From an uncultured Candidatus Saccharibacteria bacterium (GTDB lineage: Bacteria; Patescibacteriota; Saccharimonadia; CAILAD01; BJGX01), in NCBI GenBank assembly GCA_964610335.1, contig CAZSVP010000002.1, forward strand, positions 14,376 to 78,375: a DNA stretch of 64,000 bases. Direction: 5' to 3'. Positions 9,412-18,365 of the stretch are shown piece by piece. Under the pieces are notes generated by a model. The model ran no database searches. It saw only the letters and a list, made by a program, of their open reading frames with translations, and had not been told where the DNA came from. The translations under genes and the position numbers were made by a program. Positions within the stretch are counted from its first letter, which is position 1. Every line of letters begins with the position of its first letter.

Positions 9412-10173
9412 TTATTTAGCAGCTTTCTTGTACTTACCCCACATCAACCCCCACTTGATCTTGATAATGTCAGGAAATGTTTGAATTGCAGCTTTGAGTG
9501 GTGAGTTGCCGAACTTGCTGCCCGTATCAATATTATGCCAATCTGGTACGTGAATAAGCTCTATGGGATATCCAAGCTGTCGTGCTATGGCAAGCACTTC
9601 CATATCAAATCCCCAGCTATCAATGGTCTGTCGTGAGAAAACCGCGCGCGCTACATCGCTCTCAAAAACTTTAAAACCACATTGAGTGTCAGGGATGCCA
9701 GGCAATATCAGCAACTGTACCACAAAGTTTCCAAAGCCAGAGATAAGCTTGCGGATTCCGCGGTGGCTTTTGTCTAAGTTACGAACACAAATACCAACTG
9801 GACGATTCTGTTGCATTAGTTGTTTTACTGAGTCCAGATACTTAAGCGGTGTTGCCAAATCAGCGTCCATAAACATTATGTAACGACCATGGCCCTGAAG
9901 CATGCCCATCTTGACTTGCTTACCCTTCATAAACTTTTTCTTTGGTCTAGGGCCCGCATCAACTACTTCAAAATGTGAGAACTTATGAGCTGACTGCTTG
10001 GCAACTTCTGCAGTATGGTCAGGACTATGTAGATCTACTATCATCACCTCTACCTCCAACGACAGAGTTTTTAAGTACTCTGATAATTTGTCCAAAGTGT
10101 CGCCAATTTGTTTGGCTTCGTTGTAGGTCGGAATAACGATTGTCAGATCGATTGATTTAGGTTTGGACGGCAT
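9412..10173 (-). CDS. GT2 polyprenol-phosphate glycosyltransferase (Ppm1/DPM1/ArnC-like)
   Basis: IVIPTYNE start of GT-A fold, DAD (DxD) motif; ATG at 10173 (track start 10191 is GTG); 17 nt overlap with upstream gene. Confidence 0.7.
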   Translation of the reverse strand: MPSKPKSIDLTIVIPTYNEAKQIGDTLDKLSEYLKTLSLEVEVMIVDLHSPDHTAEVAKQSAHKFSHFEVVDAGPRPKKKFMKGKQVKMGMLQGHGRYIMFMDADLATPLKYLDSVKQLMQQNRPVGICVRNLDKSHRGIRKLISGFGNFVVQLLILPGIPDTQCGFKVFESDVARAVFSRQTIDSWGFDMEVLAIARQLGYPIELIHVPDWHNIDTGSKFGNSPLKAAIQTFPDIIKIKWGLMWGKYKKAAK

Positions 10174-11713
10174 AGAAAAGTATTTTACCACTAAAGCTAC
10201 TAGTTATTGGCACAACCGATGCGTTGGGGAACTTAGCCTTTAAGAGGTCCAATATCTCCTGTGATTGATCGCCTACCGGCACAATTATTAGTTTGGGAGC
10301 ACCACTTATTGGGAGGTCGCGAGCGCCTTCAAATGTTATCAGCTTATATTGGGACCTATTGTGTGTAAGATATTCGACTGGCATCGCACCATAGCCACCA
10401 GCCACTAGATAGCTATCGCCACCGCCTACATGGCTATTTAGGTATTTGGCTATAGCGGTGGTATCTTCGGAGTAAGCAGCATAGGTGTTAGGATCCTGGC
10501 CCCAAGCCCAGAAATAACCTTTTACCCCTTGAACAACAGTAAGGCCAAGTAAAAACAAGATTAACAACAACCCAATAACACGAGCCAAAGTATTGAGTGG
10601 AAAAGTTTGGTACCAGCGCTGCAACATATAGTTAATACCAACACCACTAAGCACAAATACGGGTACGGCTGTACCAATGCTACGCAGTGCATGAGGCATG
10701 CTTTCGGCCGATACAGCTGCTGGTAACATCATGACTGCCAATATAGCAAGTAGTGTACTATAACGCAGTTGTTTGAAGTAATAGCAAGCAAGCAGTACCC
10801 CAATAACAAATGCTATACCAACAAATACATTCAACAGCGGTTGTGAAGGAATATTGTGTCGTGAGTTTTGATCACCAACCAGATTGTATTGAATGATTGT
10901 CTTGTATGTATTAACCGCCAGGGTTTGCATTGGCTTACCCTGGTTGAGGCTGTTATTTAGAAAACTAGTCCCACCAGCTCGCGCCGTGGAGTCCGCCGGG
11001 TTTCTTACAATAGTAACAATCAACGGTAACAACACTACTAAGGTTGTAATAGCTGCAATTGCTACCCTCTTGTAATTTTCACTCCACCATTTACGACGCC
11101 AAATCAGCACAGCTACCAATAACCCTAACAAAGCTACCCAAATTGCACCAAACGCTGTATATGTGTACATACCAAGACCAGCTGATACTCCAGCAGCAAC
11201 AAACCAAGCGACTTTGCCGCTGCGATAAGCCCGGGCAGCAGTATAAAGTATTGTAGCTACAAAGAATGGCACCAAGCTAGCACGAAAACCATCACGAGAT
11301 ATTATAACTATCCATGGATTAACTGCCATTAGTAACGCTGCTAACAAACCAGCTCGGCGGCCAAATAGCTCCTTGGTGAGCAGATAGACCATCACAACCG
11401 CCAATACTCCAAATGTAGCTGGCGCAACACGTAGCGCCAAGATAGTATTGCCAAACAGCATTACACCTATGGCTTGGAGGTAGAAAAACAGTGCTTCTCG
11501 AGGCCCATTGGTACTATATATCACCCGAATATCATGATGTTCAAGTATGCGAAATATGTCCAATCCATTGGCGGCCTCATCAGGATGCAATCCAGGTGGT
11601 AGAACATTGAGCTTATAAAAACGCATCCCAATCGCGAGTACCAAAACCAGCCCCAGACACAGCCAAGGCAGATACGGCTTAATAGTACTATAGAACTTAC
11701 TTTGCTTCTTCAT
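10157..11713 (-). CDS. Second GT39-like membrane glycosyltransferase (Pmt/ArnT family)
   Basis: ~518 aa, multi-TM, LHPDEAANG loop motif; ATG at 11713 (track start 11725 is TTG). Confidence 0.6.
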   Translation of the reverse strand: MKKQSKFYSTIKPYLPWLCLGLVLVLAIGMRFYKLNVLPPGLHPDEAANGLDIFRILEHHDIRVIYSTNGPREALFFYLQAIGVMLFGNTILALRVAPATFGVLAVVMVYLLTKELFGRRAGLLAALLMAVNPWIVIISRDGFRASLVPFFVATILYTAARAYRSGKVAWFVAAGVSAGLGMYTYTAFGAIWVALLGLLVAVLIWRRKWWSENYKRVAIAAITTLVVLLPLIVTIVRNPADSTARAGGTSFLNNSLNQGKPMQTLAVNTYKTIIQYNLVGDQNSRHNIPSQPLLNVFVGIAFVIGVLLACYYFKQLRYSTLLAILAVMMLPAAVSAESMPHALRSIGTAVPVFVLSGVGINYMLQRWYQTFPLNTLARVIGLLLILFLLGLTVVQGVKGYFWAWGQDPNTYAAYSEDTTAIAKYLNSHVGGGDSYLVAGGYGAMPVEYLTHNRSQYKLITFEGARDLPISGAPKLIIVPVGDQSQEILDLLKAKFPNASVVPITSSFSGKILFYAVQT

Positions 11714-12224
11714 GAGTAAAAACAAATTTCTTATACATCAAGTAATTATACACAAGGACTACCGCAATCGCCGCAAATAGTGCAACATTTCGCTCGTCAA
11801 AATCACGGCTAAGTGGTAAATTTAGGCCGCTCGTGATCTGATAAGCAATTTGTGAAGGCCAAACCCAAACATCTGTTAATAGTTTTAGAATTATCGGTCT
11901 TATTACATATACTCCAAACATAGTGATTACAAAAAAGTAAACAATATGGCGAGTATCAACATGACGAGCTCTAAACGTAAACCTAGCATTGAATATATAG
12001 CTGTTTATCATAGCCAGTGTGCCTGAGATTATACCAGCAACCATCACTCCAGTTATTGTAATAACTGTTCCTGCTATAACAACTTGCCCCAACACTAAGC
12101 TCTTAGGGAGTATGGTAGCTGCCAGAACATTTAGTACAACAATATCAACAATAGTATTGAGCACACCTACAATACCAAATCGTCCGACTTGCAACGCTTC
12201 TGCCTGAGCCTTTGATTTTTTCAC
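11697..12224 (-). CDS. GtrA family membrane protein (polyprenol-P-sugar flippase-like)
   Basis: 175 aa, 4 TM, N-terminal GRFGIVGVLNTIVD GtrA signature. Confidence 0.65.
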   Translation of the reverse strand: MKKSKAQAEALQVGRFGIVGVLNTIVDIVVLNVLAATILPKSLVLGQVVIAGTVITITGVMVAGIISGTLAMINSYIFNARFTFRARHVDTRHIVYFFVITMFGVYVIRPIILKLLTDVWVWPSQIAYQITSGLNLPLSRDFDERNVALFAAIAVVLVYNYLMYKKFVFTHEEAK

Positions 12225-12277
12225 CGATCAAAACTCCTTATGTTTATAACTAGTATAACGACTTTGCATGCCGCTGA

Positions 12278-13651
12278 CTAGCCTGTATGAGTGCGATCGA
12301 TAGTGCGAAACAACATCTGATCAGCCTGGAAGAATAGCTCAATCTCGCCTGTTGGGCCGTTGCGATGTTTTCTAACGAGTATATCGGCAACGTTTTTGCG
12401 TTCACTGTCCTTTTCGTAGTAGTCCTCGCGATAAATAAACATAACTACGTCAGCATCTTGTTCGATACTACCTGACTCACGGAGGTCCGAAAGCTGCGGT
12501 ATTTTTGGAGATCTCATTTCTACAGATCGGCTTAACTGGCTCAATGCTATCACTGGTACATTGAGCTCACGTGCAAGCCCTTTGAGTCCGCGCGAAATCT
12601 CAGATATCTCTTGTACACGGTTTTCACCATAGTTCTGTCGACCACTCATCAGTTGAAGGTAGTCTATGACGATTAGGCCTAAATCATGTTCGGATTGCAA
12701 ACGACGAGCCTTAGTACGCATCTCCATTACATTTGCCATGGCTGAATCATCAATATAAAGCGGAGCTTCGGCCAGCGTGCCCATGGCCTTGTTAAGTTTT
12801 TCAAAGTCAGTATCTTCGAGATTACCAGTGCGCAACTTCCAACTATCGATCCCCGCTTCACTGGCAAGCATACGATCAATCAATTGTTCTTTGCTCATTT
12901 CTAAACTAAACACGCCTACCGGGATACCTTCGTTGACTGCCACATGTTGCGCGATGTTCATAGCAAAACTGGTTTTACCCATACTAGGACGGGCGGCCAA
13001 TATCAGCAGGTCAGACTTTTGCAGGCCAGCGAGCAAGTTGTCCAACCCAACAAATCCAGTGGGCACACCACGTAATTGTTTCTTATCCTTATGTAAACTA
13101 TCAAGTCGATCAAAACTCTCTGCCAATACTTCTTTGATGGCTGTAAAGCTCTGTTTATGGTGCTTTTGGCTTACAGCAAACAATGCCTGTTCTGCCTCGT
13201 CTAAGACTTTTTCAAGATCGGCCGCTTCATCAAATGCCATTTGACCAATCTGAGTTGCGGCCGACTGCAAACGACGCAAAGTAGCTTTTTGCGAAACTAT
13301 CTGAGCATATTGAGCTACATGGGTACTGGACGGTACACTATTGACCAACTCTGTCAGAAAACTAGAACCACCAATATCTTTGAGTTGCTTTTTCTCCTCA
13401 AGATAGTTAGATAGAGTAACTACATCAGCCGGCTGACGTTTTTCGTATAACGCCAAGATAGCCTCATAGACCAATCCATGTTTTTCAAAGTAAAAATCTT
13501 CGCTACTCACTACGTCAGCAACTTTGATAATTGAGTCTTTATCAAGCAGCAACGCACCAATCAAACTCTGCTCAGCTTGCGTATTCTGTGGCGGCAGCTT
13601 GGCAAGTTTGGGATCTACCATTTGGTTATTATTTTGTTTGGTCTTGGGCAT
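12278..13651 (-). CDS. dnaB: Replicative DNA helicase DnaB
   Basis: Walker A GARPSMGKT, DnaB N-terminal domain; start assigned to ATG (MPKTKQ) at 13651 with GGGGAGG 6 nt upstream; 22 nt overlap with dnaX end. Confidence 0.9.
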   Translation of the reverse strand: MPKTKQNNNQMVDPKLAKLPPQNTQAEQSLIGALLLDKDSIIKVADVVSSEDFYFEKHGLVYEAILALYEKRQPADVVTLSNYLEEKKQLKDIGGSSFLTELVNSVPSSTHVAQYAQIVSQKATLRRLQSAATQIGQMAFDEAADLEKVLDEAEQALFAVSQKHHKQSFTAIKEVLAESFDRLDSLHKDKKQLRGVPTGFVGLDNLLAGLQKSDLLILAARPSMGKTSFAMNIAQHVAVNEGIPVGVFSLEMSKEQLIDRMLASEAGIDSWKLRTGNLEDTDFEKLNKAMGTLAEAPLYIDDSAMANVMEMRTKARRLQSEHDLGLIVIDYLQLMSGRQNYGENRVQEISEISRGLKGLARELNVPVIALSQLSRSVEMRSPKIPQLSDLRESGSIEQDADVVMFIYREDYYEKDSERKNVADILVRKHRNGPTGEIELFFQADQMLFRTIDRTHTG

Positions 13652-15068
13652 CGATAACCTCCCCATTAAATATCGCCATAGCGGCACTCACCAACTCCCC
13701 ACTATTTTCTGCATGGTCAACCGGTTGTCCAGCCGGCTCTGGCGCCGATGTAATGGTTGATTTAATGGTAACAGAGTGTTCATACACTTTACTAAAGCAC
13801 TGTTCAATAAGCTGTCGATTACGCGGTTCTTCCATCCGCTCGCGATGAAAACTAAATCGAAATTCTGCCTGTAGCTCGTCGCCAACCATATTAAGTTGGG
13901 CCGATCGCAACACAGCGTAGAGTGAGTTATTGTGCTGTTTGACCAAACTCAATGCCTTTGCTAAAAGTTTGGGATCCTCAGCTTTGATGCTAGGAGTATC
14001 GGCTGTTGGTTTGTCATCTTTTGGTCGTTCTGACACGGCAGAAAACTTGGTGGTCTGCTTCGTCTCTTTCTGTATTATTGGGCTTGATTTGTCAGAATCC
14101 CGAGACTGTGACATTCGAACCAAGGCTAGCTCCAATGGCAAACTTGGGTGAGCGTGTAGTTTGAAGTCTTGCATAGCTTGTTGGAGCTCACTACCAGCCC
14201 GAGCCAAAAACTCCATTGAGTCGGGGTTGATGCCGAGTTGTGAATGCACATACTCGAGCAACTGGCTGGTCATGTCTACCGGCCTAAAACCCTTGTGTAT
14301 TAGCTGGTTTAAGGTTTCAAGTGCTTTAGACAAGTTATTTTGTTCTACCATTGTTAGCAGCTCTGCAATCGACTTGTCGTCAACCCGACCAAAGAATTCA
14401 CCAACCGTAGCAGCAGTTATCTCGTCGTCTAGTACCGACAGCTGGTCAAGCAAACCAATCGCGTCACGAAAACCACCAGCACTCAAGCCCGCTATGGAGC
14501 TTAGAGCATCATCGGTAATGGCTATTTCTTCGGCATCTGCAATTGTTCGTAAGTGTGTCACTAGATCGCTAATTGTTATAGCTCTGAAATCAAACCTTTG
14601 TGTTCTAGAGATAATTGTTTCAGGCAACTTGTGCGCCTCAGTAGTAGCCAGAACAAATACTACGTGCTCAGGTGGCTCTTCGAGGGTTTTGAGCAATGCA
14701 TTGAACGCCTCTCGCGTCAGCATATGTACCTCATCGATAATGTATACCTTGTATCGAAGTTGTGAGCTAGCTGAGCCTATCCCCTCACGCAGTGTACGGA
14801 TCTCGTCGATACCACGATTGCTAGCAGCATCAATTTCGACAATATCCATATAGCGACTCATATCTGTGTCGGTCGGCAACTCATTGATTCGCCGGGCCAG
14901 TATACGAGCCACACTGGTTTTGCCAGTACCACGCGGGCCGCAAAGTAAGTAAGCATGGGCAATACGCCCTTTTTTGATAGCAGCTTCAAGAGTGGTAGTG
15001 ATGTGCGGTTGCCCAACTACATCACTAAGATCCTGGCTACGATATTTGCGATACAATACCTGGCTCAA
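13629..15068 (-). CDS. dnaX: DNA polymerase III subunit gamma/tau (short form)
   Basis: GPRGTGKTS Walker A, clamp-loader box, zinc module; 479 aa. Confidence 0.9.
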   Translation of the reverse strand: MSQVLYRKYRSQDLSDVVGQPHITTTLEAAIKKGRIAHAYLLCGPRGTGKTSVARILARRINELPTDTDMSRYMDIVEIDAASNRGIDEIRTLREGIGSASSQLRYKVYIIDEVHMLTREAFNALLKTLEEPPEHVVFVLATTEAHKLPETIISRTQRFDFRAITISDLVTHLRTIADAEEIAITDDALSSIAGLSAGGFRDAIGLLDQLSVLDDEITAATVGEFFGRVDDKSIAELLTMVEQNNLSKALETLNQLIHKGFRPVDMTSQLLEYVHSQLGINPDSMEFLARAGSELQQAMQDFKLHAHPSLPLELALVRMSQSRDSDKSSPIIQKETKQTTKFSAVSERPKDDKPTADTPSIKAEDPKLLAKALSLVKQHNNSLYAVLRSAQLNMVGDELQAEFRFSFHRERMEEPRNRQLIEQCFSKVYEHSVTIKSTITSAPEPAGQPVDHAENSGELVSAAMAIFNGEVIDAQDQTK

Positions 15069-15254
15069 ACTTTTTCCCTCACTTAGTTCGTCTTTATTAT
15101 ATCAGATGATTTCGAGACTAAGGCAACATGAGTTTGCTATACACAAAGAAGTTCAAGGCGGGATTGAAGCGTGCAGTGAGACGTAGTAAACCTACGTCGA
15201 GCGAGCCCTGGATATTCCAACGAAGAAATTCAAAGTGTAAAGCAAACAGATCGA

Positions 15255-15794
15255 CTAGCGGGTAGTACCTATGACAGCCTCTATAGCAGCCCAAGTAGCT
15301 TCACCGTGTGCTGGCAACACAACAGTCACCTCGTCACCTGGTTGCGCTCGAAAATACGTAACACTTGCATAAAGCACTCGGTACTGTTGTGGACCAATTG
15401 TAGCAACATACTGGCCATTGTCGAGTGCTAGAGTTGCTATTAGCTTCTTGCGCTCTATCGGGCCAATTTGCTTGTATATGAAGCTGCCATCTTCAGCGAT
15501 AGTTAGCTTTAGCGTATCCCCCTCTACAAGCTTGGATTTACTGGCATAGTTGGCAGGCACTGGGTAAACCTTACCATCTGGCCCAATCATATTCTGACCA
15601 TCAAATTTGCCCTCTATAATCTTACCGCCGACTGGGGCAGCTGCTGCAGTCGGACTTACTTTCTTGGGCTCAGGTAGATCCTCGGGTTTTACACCAAGTT
15701 CGTCCAGTTCTTTTTGTACTTTTACTAGATTCTGCTGTGCGGCTGCCAACTGAGCCGACAGTGCTTCAAGTTGTTGTTTGTCTTGTGTTGCCAT
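15255..15794 (-). CDS. Hypothetical protein, N-terminal coiled coil + C-terminal beta-rich domain
   Basis: 179 aa ORF with no recognisable motif. Confidence 0.45.
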   Translation of the reverse strand: MATQDKQQLEALSAQLAAAQQNLVKVQKELDELGVKPEDLPEPKKVSPTAAAAPVGGKIIEGKFDGQNMIGPDGKVYPVPANYASKSKLVEGDTLKLTIAEDGSFIYKQIGPIERKKLIATLALDNGQYVATIGPQQYRVLYASVTYFRAQPGDEVTVVLPAHGEATWAAIEAVIGTTR

Positions 15795-15885
15795 TTATTT
15801 TGCTCTTCCAATTACTTGGCTATAGTGTAGCAAAAAAGAGAATAAATGCCAAACAAAGTGCAAAAGCTTTGATACGACACTTACT

Positions 15886-17916
15886 TTAGATAATATCCAC
15901 TACTGTTCGAATGCCAATTCTTTCATCTGCACCATTATTAAAAACCTCAAACTTAGCAGACCTTTCACGAGTACTCCAATAGGCTACTGGCGTTCGGCCG
16001 TCCGATAATTGCGTGCCAGCTAATCGACACATTTTACCTGTTCCACGCCAATTATCAATAACTTGATGATCAGCTTCTAACCTTGTCAGCGCAAGTATCA
16101 ACCACTCCTCAGGAGTAATCATGTTCTCCCATTCATACTCAGTAGTGTTCAAAGCAGACTTATACGAATCTAGCCTCTTTCCTGCCGGTAGCTGAGTGCG
16201 CCCATAAAGTGTACGTGCCGTAGCATCTGTTGGTATATCGACTAGGTCTTCAACCAATACAACACGCCATGGTCGAGCCACGCTTTCACTACGTTTTCCT
16301 ACAAGATGTGGTAGATATTGAAAAGTGAGATCCGCTTCAGTGGAGCCCAAGGCGGTCATGTTTACTCCAACTGGTCCCACCGACATTGGTGAGCCAGCTG
16401 AGTCTTTTAGCACAGCAGGAATCTGTGTCAGTCGATCACTATATTTGGATGCAATTCTTGCAAGTGGCATGCCAAATGGCACGATCAACATCTCAGTAAA
16501 ACCCTGGTTAATCTTGGTCTCAAACTCTGGCAGATTAGCTTCTATAGCTAAGGCAATCTCTTCTTTTGATGGCATTACTACGCGATTACCATTCACATCT
16601 TCAAAATCACGCATTAAACCAATTAGACCACTACTCTTTAGAAGAGCTAGCTGAGCTTCGTAGCTTTTCAGAAAATCAATTTTACGCAGTTGCTCTTGAG
16701 TTTCTGTTGAAACTGGCAACATTGAAATTTCTGGGTCCACTCCACCTATGGGCCGACGGCGTTTGTTGGGATCTGGTGTGTATTGTACTAGACTCAGCAG
16801 ATTCTCAAGTTTGGTACGATCCTCATCACTTTCTACCTTGCCTAAGTAATAATAGCGAAGCGCTCTTTGAGCGGTTTCAGTAATGTCGCCGTTATAGAAG
16901 CGGGCTATAAAATTGGTAAAACGCCGTTGTTCTTCATCATCATTATACTCGAAAGGCTGTGGCTGACCGCTTGCTATGTCGCGTTCCGATAGGAGCTTCT
17001 GAGCAGACTGGTGGAACTCTGTATACCGGCTTAGGATCTCCACAATTCCAGGAATTTCGGCCAACTGTTCGGGGGTAAGTACATCTTCACGACTCTCATG
17101 CTTAACAAGTTTAGGTATATCTAGCTCTGAGCCAATACCAAACCGAGCTTTGAGACGAATATCAAATGTTTCTTGGGGCAAGTTGGAGGGTCCCTTCATA
17201 TACACCCAGCGGCGCAATTGAGCAGGATCGAGCGGCTCTCGCCCAAAGAAACCAGCGCCAGGCGGATTGGTAAGGGCAATAAGTTTGGTTTTTGATTTAT
17301 CCGCCTCAACCATCTCACCGGCATCTTCTGAAAGTGTAACTGTCCCGCCATGCTCCAAGGCATCCAGAACTTCGTGCATACGAATATTCACCTCTGGACG
17401 AGCAGCGTTATATTCGTCAAGAATTATAACTTTGACCTTACCTTCTTCCTGCATAAGGCCTCGCGTGACTGGCCCAGGAACAAATACAAACTCTGGATCA
17501 GACTTAGTTCTTTTGTTTGGGTTTGGCAAATAACGTCCCATCATAGCCTCAGGATCCGAGAGACCATTGAGATTGACATAGTGTACTTCCCAGCCAAGCT
17601 CAGCACACATTTTTTTGATAGTGGTAGACTTACCAACACTTGTGCCAGCTTCTATTAACATCGGATCGCCAGATTGCAGACATACCGCAATATCACGCTG
17701 AAACTCCAGGCTAAACTCACTCTCTATAAAGTGTTCGTCGTATATCTGACGTCTTGGTGTAGCATCGCCAGGGTTGGCTTTGGGGAGTCGGACCCCCAAA
17801 TAGGTAACATCTTCTGCTGTTTCTACTATTGCAGCCTTAGGCGTCTTCAGCTCAGCTTTTTTGGCCCGCAATCGATCACCAAGGCCTACATCTGGTACGG
17901 GCTCAGCCATGAGCAA
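15886..17916 (-). CDS. AAA_5 (MoxR/dynein-related) ATPase with ~400 aa C-terminal extension of unknown function
   Basis: Walker A GTSVGKST, Walker B VIILDEYN, sensor LIALTNP; 676 aa, about twice the size of canonical MoxR. Confidence 0.7.
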   Translation of the reverse strand: MLMAEPVPDVGLGDRLRAKKAELKTPKAAIVETAEDVTYLGVRLPKANPGDATPRRQIYDEHFIESEFSLEFQRDIAVCLQSGDPMLIEAGTSVGKSTTIKKMCAELGWEVHYVNLNGLSDPEAMMGRYLPNPNKRTKSDPEFVFVPGPVTRGLMQEEGKVKVIILDEYNAARPEVNIRMHEVLDALEHGGTVTLSEDAGEMVEADKSKTKLIALTNPPGAGFFGREPLDPAQLRRWVYMKGPSNLPQETFDIRLKARFGIGSELDIPKLVKHESREDVLTPEQLAEIPGIVEILSRYTEFHQSAQKLLSERDIASGQPQPFEYNDDEEQRRFTNFIARFYNGDITETAQRALRYYYLGKVESDEDRTKLENLLSLVQYTPDPNKRRRPIGGVDPEISMLPVSTETQEQLRKIDFLKSYEAQLALLKSSGLIGLMRDFEDVNGNRVVMPSKEEIALAIEANLPEFETKINQGFTEMLIVPFGMPLARIASKYSDRLTQIPAVLKDSAGSPMSVGPVGVNMTALGSTEADLTFQYLPHLVGKRSESVARPWRVVLVEDLVDIPTDATARTLYGRTQLPAGKRLDSYKSALNTTEYEWENMITPEEWLILALTRLEADHQVIDNWRGTGKMCRLAGTQLSDGRTPVAYWSTRERSAKFEVFNNGADERIGIRTVVDII

Positions 17917-18343
17917 GCTCCTTTACTCCCAATCTAATTGTCATGCCTAGCTTGCTAAGCCAATCGTATTCACTCTGCCAGGTGTTGAGCTGATCAGTTG
18001 TAAGTATCATGATTAATCTATGTTCGCTCAGATCACGGGTGGTTTGTCTGGTTTGTAGTGTAAGCTGGTCCACCAACTCGATACTACCAGTCTGGTACTG
18101 GCATACGAAGTCGTAGAGCTGTTTGCGATCATTTTGCTCAAGTATACTTGGCTCTATAGTAATACGACGATGTACATCAAGCGTGTGCCAAAGTGATCCT
18201 ATCGAGCGAACTGTAGCAAAACGCTGGGTAGCTAGATAGCCAATAACTTCAAGGCGCTGGGCCTCAGTGCCACACACTATCAAACCTACCTCGGTACTAC
18301 CGCCCAAATATTCTACAAACTGGTCAACTTCTGGGATTTGCAT
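17903..18343 (-). CDS. Hypothetical protein (146 aa) between VWA and AAA genes, overlapping both
   Basis: ORF overlaps AAA gene start by 14 nt; no known motif. Confidence 0.45.
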   Translation of the reverse strand: MQIPEVDQFVEYLGGSTEVGLIVCGTEAQRLEVIGYLATQRFATVRSIGSLWHTLDVHRRITIEPSILEQNDRKQLYDFVCQYQTGSIELVDQLTLQTRQTTRDLSEHRLIMILTTDQLNTWQSEYDWLSKLGMTIRLGVKELAHG

Positions 18344-18365
18344 AAGAATTATTGCTCATTATACC

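Noticed and set aside
12777-13244. 155 aa plus-strand ORF
   Set aside because: Antisense to dnaB, no RBS, low-complexity Ser/Leu.
14161-14853. 230 aa Ser-rich plus-strand ORF
   Set aside because: Antisense to the well-supported dnaX gene. Composition (poly-Ser, Cys) is typical of a shadow ORF.
15069-15254. Looked for SRP RNA (ffs), which often lies upstream of dnaX
   Set aside because: No GGAA tetraloop or AGCAGCC/GGUCAGG domain-IV consensus found on either strand. Only a local hairpin GACGTAG-TAAAC-CTACGTC.
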